From positions 1,734,711 through 1,798,710 of the forward strand of contig MU054391.1 of the NCBI GenBank assembly GCA_013239625.1: a DNA stretch of 64,000 nt, in the 5' to 3' direction. A program made the position numbers and the translations under genes. The DNA is from Lama guanicoe. Its lineage: Eukaryota. This document shows positions 12,441 through 25,929 of this stretch, piece by piece. Below the pieces are notes generated by a model. That model was not told the origin of the DNA, did not search any database, and worked only from the letters and a program-made list of their open reading frames with translations. The stretch's first letter is position 1. Every line of letters begins with the position of its first letter.

Positions 12441-15174
12441 CTTGGGGCCTGAGTGTGAGGGTCGAGCAGCCCCCCTGGGGTGGAGCTCCGAGCAGCCCCC
12501 TGCGGCTGCGCTGCACGTGGGCCTGGGCTCCACGAGGCTGAGGGTGACAGGGAGCCCCTGCTCTCTGGACGCACTGGAGGCAGCAGATGGAGCACTGGAG
12601 CTGCCACCTCGGGGAGAGGTCGTGGTGACAGGAAGTGCCAGGATGCAGTGCCATTGGCTGACTTATTAAAGCACAAGATGCTACACAAAGCAGCACCGCG
12701 TGTGGCTTCATCCTTCATTCAGACTTTCACCTGGAAGGGGAGACATGGGTCACCTGGGACCCCAGGGTCTGGTTGGAGCCATGCGGGGGAAGGGGCCGGG
12801 CAGGTTCCTGGGCGGGATGGGGCAGCCCTTCCCGACGGTTCGGTTCCATCAGGGACAGAAGGCGGTGTAGCGGGCAGCAGGGCAGGCCCGGGTGGAGAGA
12901 ACCCAGGAAGTGCTCCCGCGTCAGGGAGCCTCTCCAGGCCTCCGGGTCGCCTGCGCTCTGTGCCTGCTTCGTGCTCTCAGCTCCGGCTCCAGGCCGGCTG
13001 CTCGGGACTCAGGCCACCTGGGACAACCTGGGCGACCTTGAGCCTCAGTGTCTCCACCTGTGAGCGGGGTGACTCCGCCTGCAGGGCAGTGTTGCCCAGT
13101 GTAACCGCCTGTGACCCTTGCAGGTCAGGCACAATCTCATGTGCGCGGCTACCCCGACACACCGAGAGCCCTTCCTCAGACCTTGGGCCCTGAGGGTGGG
13201 ATGCTGGTCTTTGCTGCACCACGAGGCACAGCTGTGCTTGCTCAAGGTCCAGGAGCTCCTTGAGACCCCAAGAAGTTCTGTGCAGCTGTGCGTTCCTGGG
13301 CTGGGGTCCTTCCTGCGATGACTCCCGCAAAGCCATCTTCTCTGCTGGGAACACCGCTGGGTGTGCCAAATTATGCTTTAATAGGAGCCTCTAGAGACAA
13401 AACTCAGGGTAACCTGGGGACGGGGGGTGAGGGGGTTTCTGGCCAGGCTGTGCAGTTAGGGATGGCGGGCCCGGCCGGTGGCAGGGATGAAGGCTTTGTA
13501 ATGGCTCCCTTGGCTTCTCCAGGGAGGGGCCGCTCACCTCGGAACTCCACGTTCCCACAGCCCTGTGACATCACACAGGCACGGCCAGCCTCTGGAGGAC
13601 TCTGACTCGCCAGCTCCGGCCCCTATACATTCTCTCCTGCCTGGCACCTGAGCACCATGGGACCTTGGCTGGCTTGTGGGAAGCAAGAAATCTAATCCCA
13701 AATGCTGAACACAAGACTCCTGGGTGAGGTTGAGTGCCGTTTATAAATAACTTGCCATTTTTAAGTTGTTATTGTCAAAAGAACAGGGCGACAGAGACCA
13801 ATTTGACAGCACAGTGAGCATTTGCCCACTTTGAGAGGTAAAGGTGGGGCAGGTCCCGGCAGACATATGGTATCGGGTGTGGCCGAACACCGGGAACAGC
13901 GTTACCAGAGCCAGGAACAGCCCCAGTGTGCGCTCCGAGGCTCTGGGCTCCGGTCCTGCCCTGCTTGGGTTTAAGTCATGTGACTTTGGTCTTTACAAAA
14001 ACCCTAAAGAACTAAGCCCACAGGTGAAATATAACTTTGTTCCAAGGAAGAGCCACACATCAGAGCGACACCTGAACGAATCCCAGGGTGTGCGTTCCCC
14101 AGGGATCTCAGCGTGGACTTTGGGTTCCCCCACACTGCTGCCTTGTCGCACCCCTGGATAAACTTCTTTTGTTGCACCATGAGTGTCACACTTCTGGCCT
14201 AAGGTTTTTTTGTTTTTAGAATTTGTCGACAGTGATGACAGAAGTCGCTGGAGATCTGCCTGAAGGGGCATAGTTCCCGTCAGCACAGCCTTGCTCGCTC
14301 CTCAGAGGGGGCCCCCTCTCCCGTGGTTCCTAGAGGCCCCCTGCTGTGTCTTCCTGTTTTAAGGCAAATCCCAAAGGAAAACAGCTCTTGACTGTATGGA
14401 ACTTCAAGGTTATGCCTTTTCCATCAGGAGAGGCTAATGGCCTCAATTGCATCGCAGCCTTTACAATGCTGCTCATTTCTGATGAGTAACATGCAATTTG
14501 AATTAAAAGCTTTAGCGCATGCATTAAACACCAAGCCTGGCCTCAGTCACAGCCCCTTTTAGAGGAGATCTTGGTCCTTCCCGTAGAATTATTCAAAAGC
14601 TTACTTAAAGTAAGGGAGTCCAGATTGGACAGATTTAGCAGCAGACGCTGCAGGTGGTCTGAGCGGTGGGAGGGAGGGAGGGAGGGTCAGGTCTGGCAGA
14701 CCTCAGCAGCTCCGTCGTTAGCAACAGTACAGACCACGAGCAGGGGGTCTGGTGAGCCCGTGGCCCCCAAGTCAAGCTGTGAGCTCCCCCAGGAGGGTGG
14801 AGACCTGGCTTCCTCGAGTGTGACCTCTGGGTGGTGGAGAAGAGCCTCCTGCGGGCCCTGCACTAACAGGCTGTCGGTGGGATTTGTGGGGTGAGAGAAG
14901 CTGAGCAGACACGACTCACAGGGTCACGTCCGCCGTGGACGCTGGCAAGATGTGAGAAAGGACTGGGGCAGGCCTGGCACTGCTACGTCTGTGTCGGCCT
15001 TGCCAGACCCGGAGCAGAGCGGTCCCTGGGCCCATGACTGAGCGACCATAGATGTGTGTTTAAGGTACTGAGGATGTGTGACCACGGCAACAGAAGACGG
15101 ACACACACCTGTAGGCTTTCATTCGACCTTCTTCTCAGCAACTGAGAAGCGTTATCACCCCCACAGTGAAGTGG

Positions 15175-15301
15175 AGAGAGACAGAGAGACAGAGACAGGG
15201 ACAGAGAGACAGAGAAAGAGACTAAAACACACAGAGAGACACAGAGACTGGGACCGAGACAGGGAGACGGAGAGACAGACCGAGAGAGGGAGGAGAGAGA
15301 G
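15175..15301. repeat. (GAGACA/GA)n purine-rich simple repeat
   Basis: Directly visible. Confidence 0.9.
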
Positions 15302-17684
15302 GCGGCGCCTTCCCCGCTCCCTGCGGGCTGTCAGCCGGGCCACCCTTCGCTCCCAGAGGCCTCTCTCTGGTTGTCGCACGTGGCCTGGGTCTCCAGGCCA
15401 GCGACAGCGGGTAGAGGGGGCGTCCTGTCTTTGGAAGCGCGATTCCACACCATGCATTGATTCTTTCTGGCTTCCCTTCTGCTGTGTGTGTCCTGAGCTT
15501 CAGCATGGGAAAGTTCTCTGCTTTCAAGGTCTCCTTAGACTTAAACTTAAATGGTTTAAATGGCAAATTGTCACAGCTTAACGCAACCGGGGAGCACCTA
15601 GGCCCCCTGCCAGCATTTGACCTGCGTGTTCAGGACCAGGGCTGAGCGTCTCTGCCACTGAAACGCTCTGTCTGAACACAAGGTAGCAGAAGCGGGTGTG
15701 AGTGGCCAGAGGGAACAGTGGCTGGACTTCACCTCCCGCTCCTGCCCTCGAATTTTTATTAAATCGCTTTCAGAGCGTAACACTCCGAGAGCTCCCTACC
15801 GCGGCTCCTCGGCAGTATTTCACAAAGGCCTGTTTGTTTTCCTTTCATCTCCCTGTAACACATTGGGAACACACCTGAGTAGTGCCAAGTGAAGCTTTGC
15901 CAGGAGGATAAGGCCTCTGAGTAGCCGGGCCCTGGAGTCGCGGCAAGGTCTCTTTGCGGCGCCGCCTTTCTAGACAAGCTTGCAGGCTCGGGGTGGGGAG
16001 CAGACGTCGGCCCGCGGGAAGGCCCGGGAAGATGCTGCGGAGAGTTTCTGCACCAAACCAAAGTCGTCCTGCCGATTGAAACAGATGTTTCCGAATGTCA
16101 GAGTTCACTTGGGAACAAACATTAGTCTTGGAAACTTCCACCTGGTTCTGAGGCGCTCTTTGATAACTATATATATATATATATGTACGTGTTTTAACGA
16201 GCTCGAGCAAAGCGTGTTCACCGACTTTGAGAAACAGGCTCCGGAACCCGCGTGTTGACCCCTGGTGCCGCTGGCCACACCAGGGCGCCGCAACTCCAAC
16301 TAACGTGGGCCCAAGAAGCACGTCTAGCTATTTGTTTTCCAAATGGAAACACTCATTTCCAGAAAGGAAATGTGCTTTTTAAAAAATGTGCCGAAGTGTT
16401 GTATTGTCTAAATGCAGTGCCCACTTTTGGGGTATGGGAGTGAAGAACGTGAAGCGCTGAGACCGACAGACACCCAGGACACAGGGGTAAGTGCCCCTTC
16501 CCCTTGATCTCGTTCTCCCCTGAATCTGCAGCCTCTGGCTCGCGCATCATACGGACCGTTCGGTGTCGCCCGAGGCACATCACAGGAAAAGATAAAAGGC
16601 AGCAAAGATGAAGAAGAGCGCCTTCCACCTCCCGCTGCCCTGCGGCCAGCGGCGGGAGAGGGCTGCGCGTGCGGGCCGTGCCCGCGTCACTGTGGCGCCT
16701 GGCTGCTCCCGTCAGGTGGGGTGCTGAGTGAGTGGGCAAGGCGGCCCCCCTGACTCAGGCAAAGGTTCGGATGCTCGGTCCTGGGCCCTCCCGAGCTCGC
16801 TGCAGCTGGCCGAGAAACAGCATCGAGAGCGGGTGCACGACTGGCCTGGCCCTGCGGGGTAGGTGGGATACAGGGCCGGCACTAAGCCGTTGGGGTCCAG
16901 GGGAGCCCAGGTGACTCTGGCTTGGCCCTGCTGAGTCTGCGGCCTCTGGGCCTAGCCTCTGCCTCGCGCCTTGGAGCCCCATTGCCGCGGGGAGGCCGAC
17001 AGAGCTGAGCAAAGCGGGTGTCTGGGCCCTGACAGCCGCCCCGAAGGCCTCAGGAAGGAAGCGGCTTGGCCAGCTGACGCGAGGCTGTCTGCCCGGCGGG
17101 TGAGTGGTGGCTGCAGCTTGGCCTTAGAAGTCGGGGTGGCTTTGTTGGGGGGATGGGGGCTCTAGGCCAGGCTCTCCTCAGAGCTCCTCCAGCCAGTAAA
17201 CGTCCTGCGGGGATGGAAAGCTTCTGCACCTTTTATTTAACTGTAATGAATTTAAAATGTATGAAATGGCTGCACGTGGCCAGTGGCTTCCAGGCTGTGG
17301 TCACCCAGCTGCCGCGGCCCCGGGACCCGCCCCACCACGTGCTGCCTCCCTTCCTCTGCTCCCAGCTCAGCGCCCACCTCGAGGGGCTCGCGGGGTGTGT
17401 GTCCTCAGTGCCCCTTTCCTGCGTGAGGGCACCTCCGTCACCGGCGTCTCTGACGCTGTGTCCCCACCCTCGGCCGTGAGCCCCCTGGGAGCAGGTGTAC
17501 CCCAGCGCGCGGCCTGGTGCCTGGAGGTTGTGCAAGCGCCACACTTGGCTGCCAGTGAACAGGTCACGATGGAACGTTTGCTTGTGTAACCGTCCCTCGT
17601 GTGACACGTGTGCTGTTGCTCTGCTAAGACTTTCAAATATCAGTCGTACATATTTGGGAACATGGGTCGCTTCCCAGCTGCGTG

Positions 17685-17835
17685 GCTGGGACAATTTGCT
17701 TGGCTGCTCAAGGAGGCATTTTCTTCATTTGTAAGATGTGGATAATACCAAACTCGCAGTGTGGTTCTGAGGACGAAAATGAGATAAAATACATGAACTG
17801 TGCACGACAGGATCGTAAACTCAGTAAATGTCAGT
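17685..17835 (+). mobile_element. MIR SINE remnant
   Basis: ttttcttcatttgtaagatg...gataata...ttctgaggacgaaaatgagataa...ctcagtaaatg matches the MIR core and tail. Confidence 0.65.
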
Positions 17836-17924
17836 GGATTTCTTCTGCTCTTCTTCATCCTCAGGAAGGTTTTAGTCCGTTTCGGGAACAGTGTTTTGTA
17901 ACACAAAACAAGTTAGAAAGCATT

Positions 17925-18880
17925 ATGCACTCATTCATTTATTCAACAAATATTTACTGAGCGTCCTGTACATGCCAGGCAACAGCCAAGCCCTGGAGAC
18001 GCACCGGCAGACTAAACAAAGTCGCTGTCCTCACGGAGCACCTCTAACTGGGAAAGACAGAGCATAAAAGACTCATGAATATAACAAAAAAGAAGCAGAC
18101 TCACAGATCTAGAGAACAAACTGGTGGCACCAGTGGGGGCAGGGCAAGGGGCGGAGCCGGACAGGGAGGGGATTAAGAGGCAAACTATTAGGTATCAAAC
18201 AAGCTACAAGGGTGCACTGCACAACACGGGGAAAGTAGGCAATATTTTACAATAACTGTAAATGGACTATATGGTACAGCTGTAAGTTTATAATATTGTA
18301 CAGCAGCTATACTTCAACTAACTAAACCAACCATCCAGCTAAACAAACAAGCAGGCAGATCACACAGGCGTCCGTCTGCCACAGAAACCAAACAGGCTCG
18401 GAGTGTTGGCAGCGCTGGGGGGAGTGGAGACACCGCCACAAGCGGAGGGTGGGCTTTACTGAGAAGGTGACTTCAAGCAGAGTTTTGGCCAGAGGTGAGG
18501 GGTGAGGGGTGAGCCGCACAGGTGCCCGGGAAGAGCGTCCCGGCAGAGGGAACAGCCATTGCCAAATCCCGGAGGCAGGACACGCCTGTACCGTGAACAA
18601 GGGGCCGGCAGGATAGCGCAGCTGGAGCGGGGGTCAGGGCAGTAAGCGAGGCTGGGTCAGAGAGCATGGGGCCCCGAGGAGGGAGGTCTTGCGGCCATTG
18701 TAAGGAGACCAGCTCCTACTCTGAGCCAACGGGAACCATCGCAGGGGTTTTAATTATCTGACTTGAGTTTTCGAAAGATCGCTCTGGGCGCTGCGCTGTG
18801 AACAGTCCGTGGGGAGGGAAGGGTGGGCTTAGGGAGGCGGGTCGGGATGTCCCAATGATCCTGGAGAGATGGTGAAGGCA
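17925..18880 (-). mobile_element. L2 remnant interrupted by a + strand L1 3' UTR fragment (~18065-18320)
   Basis: cattcatttattcaacaaatatttactgagc is an antisense L2 3' end. cagactcacagatctagagaacaaactggtgg...ctatacttcaa is an L1 3' UTR. Confidence 0.65.
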
Positions 18881-19665
18881 CCCCCACGCCATGTTCTCTC
18901 TCCGCCTTGTTTCACATGGGCCCTTATCCACCTCCCTCTTAGACAACTTCGAAGAAAATTCTCCAGATTTTTTCAATGAAAATTCCAGATACCATTTCAA
19001 GGCTCTTGATCTAATTTGAAGGTGGACGTGATTTTCCTGCAGATTGGATGTGAGGTGTAGGGGAAGGAGGACGAATGGAAGACGACGCCACGGTTTCTGC
19101 TGGAGGGGCTGGGAGGACAGGAGCGCCCCTGGCGGGGATGAGGGGACGCAGGCGGGCGAGGTGGGTGTGGGGATGGTAGGGGGTGGGGAGCCGAGGACAG
19201 GACCGGTGGCGCCAAGAAGGCCACACACCCAGAGGGAGGTATTTGGAGCTGGCAGGTGGAAGTCCAGGAGGTGACGTGCATTTGGGAGAAGTGGCGTGTG
19301 GACGATGTTAGAAGCCGGGAGACTGGTTGAGCCCATGGGGGCCGAGGGTAGAGGCGTGGAGGGCAGGGACCCTCCTGCCTGGGGAGGTCCGGGGGCCGGG
19401 GACTGCGGGAGAGCTGCCGGGCCCCCCGCCCGGTTCACAGCTGTTCCCACTTCTTTCCCCAGAGATTGTTTCCACGCACGTTCCCTAGAGCAACCATGTG
19501 GTGCCTGCGGTTTAAAAACAGTGTCCATTTCACAGGGAGAAAGTCGTTTTATCATTAATCACATTCTTGTGATTTCAAGGGAGAGGGGACTTCTTCCATT
19601 GTCCAATGACCATTTGTGTTTCTTCTTTTGAGTAAGAATAATTCTGCAGGAGATACCGTTTTTTA

Positions 19666-20287
19666 AAAACATCTTTTATTAATTTATAATCATTTTACAA
19701 TGTTCTGTCAAATTCCAGTGTAGAGCACAATTTTTCAGTTATACATGAACATATATATATTCATTGTCACATTTTTTTCTCCGTGAGCTACCATAAGATC
19801 TTGTGTATATTTCCCTGTGCTATACAGTATAATCTTGTTTATCTATTCTACAATTTTGAAATCCCGTCTATCCCTTCCTACCCTCTGCCCCCCTGGCAAC
19901 TACAAGTTTGTATTCTATGTCTCTGAGTCTATTTCTGTTTTGTATTTATGCTTTGGTGTGTTTTTTTTTTGTTTTGTTTTAGATTCCACATATGAGCAAT
20001 CTCATGGTATTTTTTTTTCTCTTTCTGGCTTACTTCACTTAGAGTGAGGATCTACAGGTCCATCCATGTTGCTGCAAATGGCATGATTTCATTCTTTTCT
20101 ATGGCTGAGTAGTATTCCATTGTATAAATATGTCACCTCTTCTTTATCCAGTCATCCGTTGATGGACATTTAGGCTGTTTCCATGTCTTGGCTGTTGTTA
20201 ATAGTGCTGCTATGAACATTGGGGTGCAGGTGTCATCCTGAAGTAGGGTTCCTTTTGGATAGATGCCCAGGAGCAGGATTCCTGGGT
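19666..20287 (-). mobile_element. Lineage-specific 5'-truncated L1 with target-site duplication
   Basis: L1 ORF2 end and 3' UTR, flanked by caggagataccgtttttta (19647-19665) and caggagataacatttttta (20288-20306). Confidence 0.9.
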
Positions 20288-20300
20288 CAGGAGATAACAT

Positions 20301-20406
20301 TTTTTATTTTACTGTATTTGCTTTGTGAGTGGAGGTGCTGTGGACTGAACCTAGGACCTCGTGCTCGGTAAGCACCTGCTCTACAACTCAGTTACACCCA
20401 CCTCCC
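20301..20406 (-). mobile_element. vic-1-like tRNA-derived SINE
   Basis: ggaggtgctgtggactgaacctaggacctcgtg...ctctacaactcagttacacccacctccc. Confidence 0.8.
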
Positions 20407-20599
20407 TGAGGTAATTTTTTTTTTCCTTTATACAGTTTTATTGTCAAAGCCAACCTTCATCTGTTTTAAGCAAACCATACCACATGAATGGAAAGCATTA
20501 ATTATCTTGGCTGAAAAAGTCTCAAATTATACAGGTTTGAATTTTATCCAGGCTATGTAGTAGTTTCCTGTTGTCAAAGTATAAGACCATTTTGATTAT

Positions 20600-20870
20600 T
20601 TTTTAAATACCAGAAAATTTAATTAAAAATAGGGCAAAATATTTGAATAGGCATTACATTGAAGAAGATACACAAGTGGCTAATAAGCACACAAAAATGT
20701 AGTCCACATCATTAGTCACGAGGGGAGTGCAGCTTTAAGTCGCAGTGAGACCCCGGCACACACCCACGGGAAGGCCGTTAAACCAGACGGACAGCACCAG
20801 CTGCTGGCGAGGATGTGGGAGATGGGAGCCCTTGCACGTTGCTGGTGGAAATGTAGCATAGTCTGAGACA
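20600..20870 (+). mobile_element. Old L1 ORF2 fragment
   Basis: aaatagggcaaaatatttgaataggcatt...gaagatacacaagtggctaataagcac...gttgctggtggaaatgta. Confidence 0.7.
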
Positions 20871-21017
20871 CCACTTTTTCCGTTGTCTCTATCCGCCGTG
20901 AAGGGTAGGGAGAAAGGGTGGGAACGGGGGCACCGCGGGCTCCGGGGCGGGGCGACCGTGGCCGGCAGGGCTCTGCCCCCAGAGGCTGACCGTGCCCGCC
21001 ATCTCGTTGCAGGGAGC

Positions 21018-21107
21018 ATGGCTGATTCTCCCCGGGAAGGGAAGCGGGCCGGGCCTCCGCACTTCACCCAGCTGACTGACATGGCGTCTGAGTTCGTAGG
21101 AGGAATG
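21018..21107 (+). CDS. ALLC: Allantoicase first coding exon: MADSPREGKRAGPPHFTQLTDMASEFVGGM (exon begins at 21013)
   Basis: ttgcag acceptor at 21011-21012, agcATGg start, gtaagc donor. FTQL-D-ASE-VGG matches the vertebrate ALLC N-terminus. A second in-frame ATG lies at 21081. Confidence 0.9.
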
Positions 21108-22321
21108 GTAAGCGGGTCTCTCACAGCAGCAACAGGGACTCCACGCGCTCACGCCATGGCGCCGGCTCACCATGGCAGGGACCCCGGCTGGAACAGCAAG
21201 AATCGGGCCCCCCAAGGAAAGCGACTCACAAAAGGCTTCCAAAGAACCCCCTGAATTGGTTACAGTTAGGAGCAAGGGCGGCACTGCCTTAAGTTTAAAA
21301 CAAAAGGACATCTTGCGCCTGTGGAAGGAATTCCCCGTCCCTCTGCGCGTGTTCTCAGCGTATGGGTCACACTTGGGAAGGGGATCCCCTGGGGAACTGG
21401 ACAGAGTGCGATGTGCAGAGGCGAGAGGCCAGGCTCAGAGGGAAGGCCCTGCGCTCTGCCAGGAGACAGCCGGGCCAGGCTGGCGTCAGGGCAGGACAGG
21501 GCACTGAGGGGCACACCTGCTGGGGCGGGGGGGGGGGGCACAAAGGGAAGGGGTGCTAGGCCGAGGGGCGAGGGGAGGTTTGGACAGAGGACGTGGGGAA
21601 GGGAGTCTCCTGGGGGCGTGGCGAGCCCGAGCCTGGAGAGGCTAGGAGAAGCCCCCCGTGCGCTTGGGGACTCTGCCAAGGAGAGACTGAAGGGGCAGGG
21701 GAGGGATTCGGCCACCCAGACAGCGGGCGCTCCAGGACGGCCAGGTCCTCCCGTAAATTTAGGTTCTGGGCGGGGGTCAGAGCCCAGAGCATGGTGTCCC
21801 TGCAGAGGGCAGCTGTCCCTGGGCCCAGGTGGATGGGGTGACCCGTTGGTGTAATTAGTATTACCCACCTCCCTCTCAGAAATGTCCTGCTTTGGTTAAC
21901 ACATCGCTGGGCCACCCCACCTGCAGGGCGTGCCCGGTGGCGGAGCAGGGCGTCCCCGGTGGCTGAGCCGCAGGTGGGACTTTTTTGGCCACTGCTTTGT
22001 TTAGGAAAGATTCACAAAGTCCAGTGCCCTCGGTTCTGGAAAAGAAGGTGGTTTATTTTCTTTCCAAGTGTCAGAAGGTAGAACTTTTGCATCCACATGG
22101 CAAAGGGGATTAAGAGAAAAGGATGGGAAGGAAAGATTAAGGGGGAGGTGGGCAGGGCAGCCGAACACTTACACAGCATCGTGGCTTCACTGCCTCTGGT
22201 TCCTCTCCCCCTGGGCAATTCCACATCTTCCTTTTACTGCATCTCTGAACGTTTCACTGGGGAATGAAATAAAATGGTTTTAATTTACGGTTATTTTATC
22301 TTTACCTCTTCACCTGTCCAG

Positions 22322-22372
22322 ATTTTATTTGCAACAGATGACTTTTTTGCTCCTGCAGAGAACCTGATAAAG
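22322..22372 (+). CDS. ALLC: Allantoicase exon (51 bp): ILFATDDFFAPAENLIK
   Basis: AG/GT bounded, phase 0/0, conserved DDFFAPAENL motif. Confidence 0.96.
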
Positions 22373-23939
22373 GTACTGTAAATTGGCCTCTGTGATGCAC
22401 AGTGTGGGGTGGGGGGCGATGCATGCAGCTGCCTTAACGAGCATCTCCCCCTGTACTTGGGGTGGGAGTCACGAGATGTCAACGAGTGAATTAGCGTATT
22501 AGGACTGTAGAAACGTGTAGAAATCAGCCTCCACTCACGGCAGGGACAGAGAGGGACCTGACACGGAGTCTGGGGGAGTCACAGGGTTGCTCTCTGCCCC
22601 ACGTGGCAATCATCATCCGTGTTGGGGAGAAAAGTGGTGCACAACTTGAATTTTTAAAAAACATTTTGCCTGTCTAGTTATAAAAACTGTAGAACATGCT
22701 TATGAAAAACACAAAATACTGACACACCTAGGGAAGACCGGAGCCCCGCCGGAGCCCGGCCGCCCGCCCCACCGGTGAGACAAGCGCGCGCTGTCCCGTG
22801 AGCCGCGGTGAGCCCCGGCGCCCGGCGTGTGGGGGACGCCGCCCGGGCTCCGGCCCCCGCTGCGCCCTGGCCTGCTGGCCTCCCTGGTGGAGCCCTTGCT
22901 CCTCCCGGGCGGGACCTGGCCAGCCCCGGGGCACGCTGAAGTGTGACCCTCTGAGGACCCCTCGCACAGGAGGACTCACTCCTCGGGGGAAATGATAATA
23001 AAACAAAGAACAGAGATGTTGCTGAGCTTGTTCTGGGCCACACAGCCGGAGTGTGTGGCTCTTACGAGTCACCGTGTGTCTCTCTCTGAAGAATTTAAAC
23101 GCCTGCACACCTTGACCTCGCTGTTCCCCAGATTCACAGTGTTTGCCCCCGTGCGCAGAGATAGGAAGAAAATTCTCATTCCAGTGTCGTTTGGAGGGGA
23201 AAAAACCGACCCCCGCGCCCACCCGCGGGGCGGGTTTCCCGGAGCAGAAGCCCCAGCTCCTGCTTGCACCTGACCCGATGGGAAAAGGAGACACGCCCCA
23301 TTCCCGGCCCCGCCCCCAGCCCAGAACAACTTCTCAGAGTCTGCACTATTCAAGGGACATTCACAAGGATTATTTCAGCTTTGTAACCAGCTTGAGGGAT
23401 GTGCTCACCACCCCGTCCTGAGGTGAAGCCGCGGGGACTCAGCGTTGGTCTCAGGACCCGTGAGGCTCTGGGCCGAGCGCACGCGGCCTGTGCGAGGTCA
23501 GAGCGCAGGGCGGGCGGGGCGGCTCTGGGCGGGGCTGAGCGCTCAGCCGGTCCCAGGTCCAGCCTGCTCTTCCCGTGACGCGGGCTGGATCCCTTGTTAA
23601 GCCGTCTTCTCGGGCGGCTTTGTGAATCTAACTCTTCTTTCTCACTCGGTTCCGATGGCCTTGCCGGAGGTACCTGGGTGGCGGGTGGGAGTCGCCCTTG
23701 TTTGTGGACCCTGTGGAGTGAACTGTGACGTGTTTTACTTACTGCAGTCAGGGGCTAATTGTGTGAACTACAAAGATAGGGAGGCACCCCCTGACTGGTG
23801 TGGGCTACCTGTGCGTGAAGGTGGGGAGACACCGCAGGCCAGCTTAGGACTCCCCCAGGGTCCCTGTCTGTACCGTCCATCTGTCCCTTTGGGGCCGAAG
23901 TTCATTGGCTGGAAGCCCAGGCTCTCGCGTGAATGTTAA

Positions 23940-24225
<286 letters not shown>

Positions 24226-24542
24226 ACGCCTTGGGGTCAGCTTTTAGCAGGAGGCCCTGATTTGCAGTTGAAGACGTGAGGCTCAGAGAGGGCAGGCAAT
24301 TCACCCAAGACGCCCCCGGGAAGCAGTCAGTCTGGGATCAGAACGGGTGTCGTTGAAGCCAAGGCCTGTGCACGTTTCTGGTCTGATTAGAACTGAGGAC
24401 ACGTGGGGGCAGCAGCCGCGTGGGGCCGCCCTGCGGGAGGCCTTGAAGGCGCGGCTGAGGACTCAGCTGAGAGCCTTTTCCTGTGGGGTCCGTTTCGTCT
24501 CGGTTTTGTCTGGTCTCGGGCTCGATCTGCCGCGCTGTCTGA

Positions 24543-24791
<249 letters not shown>

Positions 24792-25849
24792 TGACCTGTC
24801 CCCTTCCTGCCGTGGAGCTTCACGAGGCAGATTCCCAGCAGGGCGCTCTGTGATTTTTGATTGTTAGCTTGACAGTATTTTTTGACCCGATTTAGCTGTC
24901 ATTATCCCCGCTCTCTGCAGGCCTCACCCCGGGGGCGCACCCTCACGTGATTATGAGGTTGGGTGAGCAGGTTGCTGGGGAGGGTGGTGGGGACGGGCTG
25001 CCCAGAGGTGCTGGACGAGGTGGAGCAGGTCTGAGTCAGCTGTGGGGCCAGTGGCCAGCTCCCCCTTCAACTGCCGAGTCTGCCTAGCAATGTGGCAACT
25101 ACCGGGGCCCCAGGAAGGGTCCTTCCTGCATCCTGGATGGCTGCACTGTATGAATCCTAAAGTTCTTAACTCGGCATCACCTGATGCTGGTCTCAGAGTT
25201 GATATTTTTGGAAACACCATACCATTATGTGCACGTCTATGCATGTATTTAGAAGGAAAGTCGGGTCAGCTGGGGGATTTATCCCGAGAGCACTCTGTGC
25301 ACAGCACTGGCCGAGGCTCTGTGGGAGTGAATGGTTCCTGCTCCAGAAAGAGCTGGGGACCCTGAAAGGTCACCTGATGGTGGGAGAGATGCTCTCTTAG
25401 AGGCAGGAAAGAACCAGTGATAATGAGTGAGATTCTCTCAGTAACCTGTCCACGAGGGCTTCAACTTCTGAGTCACCCAAGTTCCAATTCTACGGATGCC
25501 ATTGGTGGAAGGAGTGTTTCTGGAACTGACTTACAATATTCCAGAACTTTATTCACCCATGTTTTTGAAGACTCTGGTCATGTGATAAATCCGCTGAGGT
25601 CTGACTGAACTTGGAAACCTCATTTACTCTTTGACAAGCGGAGGTTCGGCACCACTTTTGAAGTCAGTTTAAATACTGAGGAACTTGAACACATGTGTCT
25701 GTTACTTTGATCACCTGATGCTCTGACTTGAGAAACGGTGTCTTTGGTGCAAGTTGGTAAAACGAAAATCACTGTGCAACCCACTGGGGGAGGATATTCT
25801 CTTTGACCTTGAGCACAAACTGTAACCCTAACAGTCACTCTAACTGCAG

Positions 25850-25929
25850 ATAAACAACCAGAAATCCCTCAGCGAGAAGTCAGGACGGGAGCGGGGGCCA
25901 CCCCCGAGGAGTTTGAAGCCATTGCTGAG
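25850..25929 (+). CDS. ALLC: Allantoicase exon (80 bp): (D)KQPEIPQREVRTGAGATPEEFEAIAE
   Basis: ctgcag acceptor, gtacga donor, phase 1/0. Confidence 0.93.

Noticed and set aside
19..19555. Many 100-280-aa ORFs in GC-rich intronic and intergenic DNA (e.g. 19-606, 3516-4148, 10455-11222, 12480-13193, 18716-19555)
   Set aside because: Stop-codon scarcity at high GC. Many start at non-ATG codons, cross repeats or microsatellites, and show no domain or splice structure.
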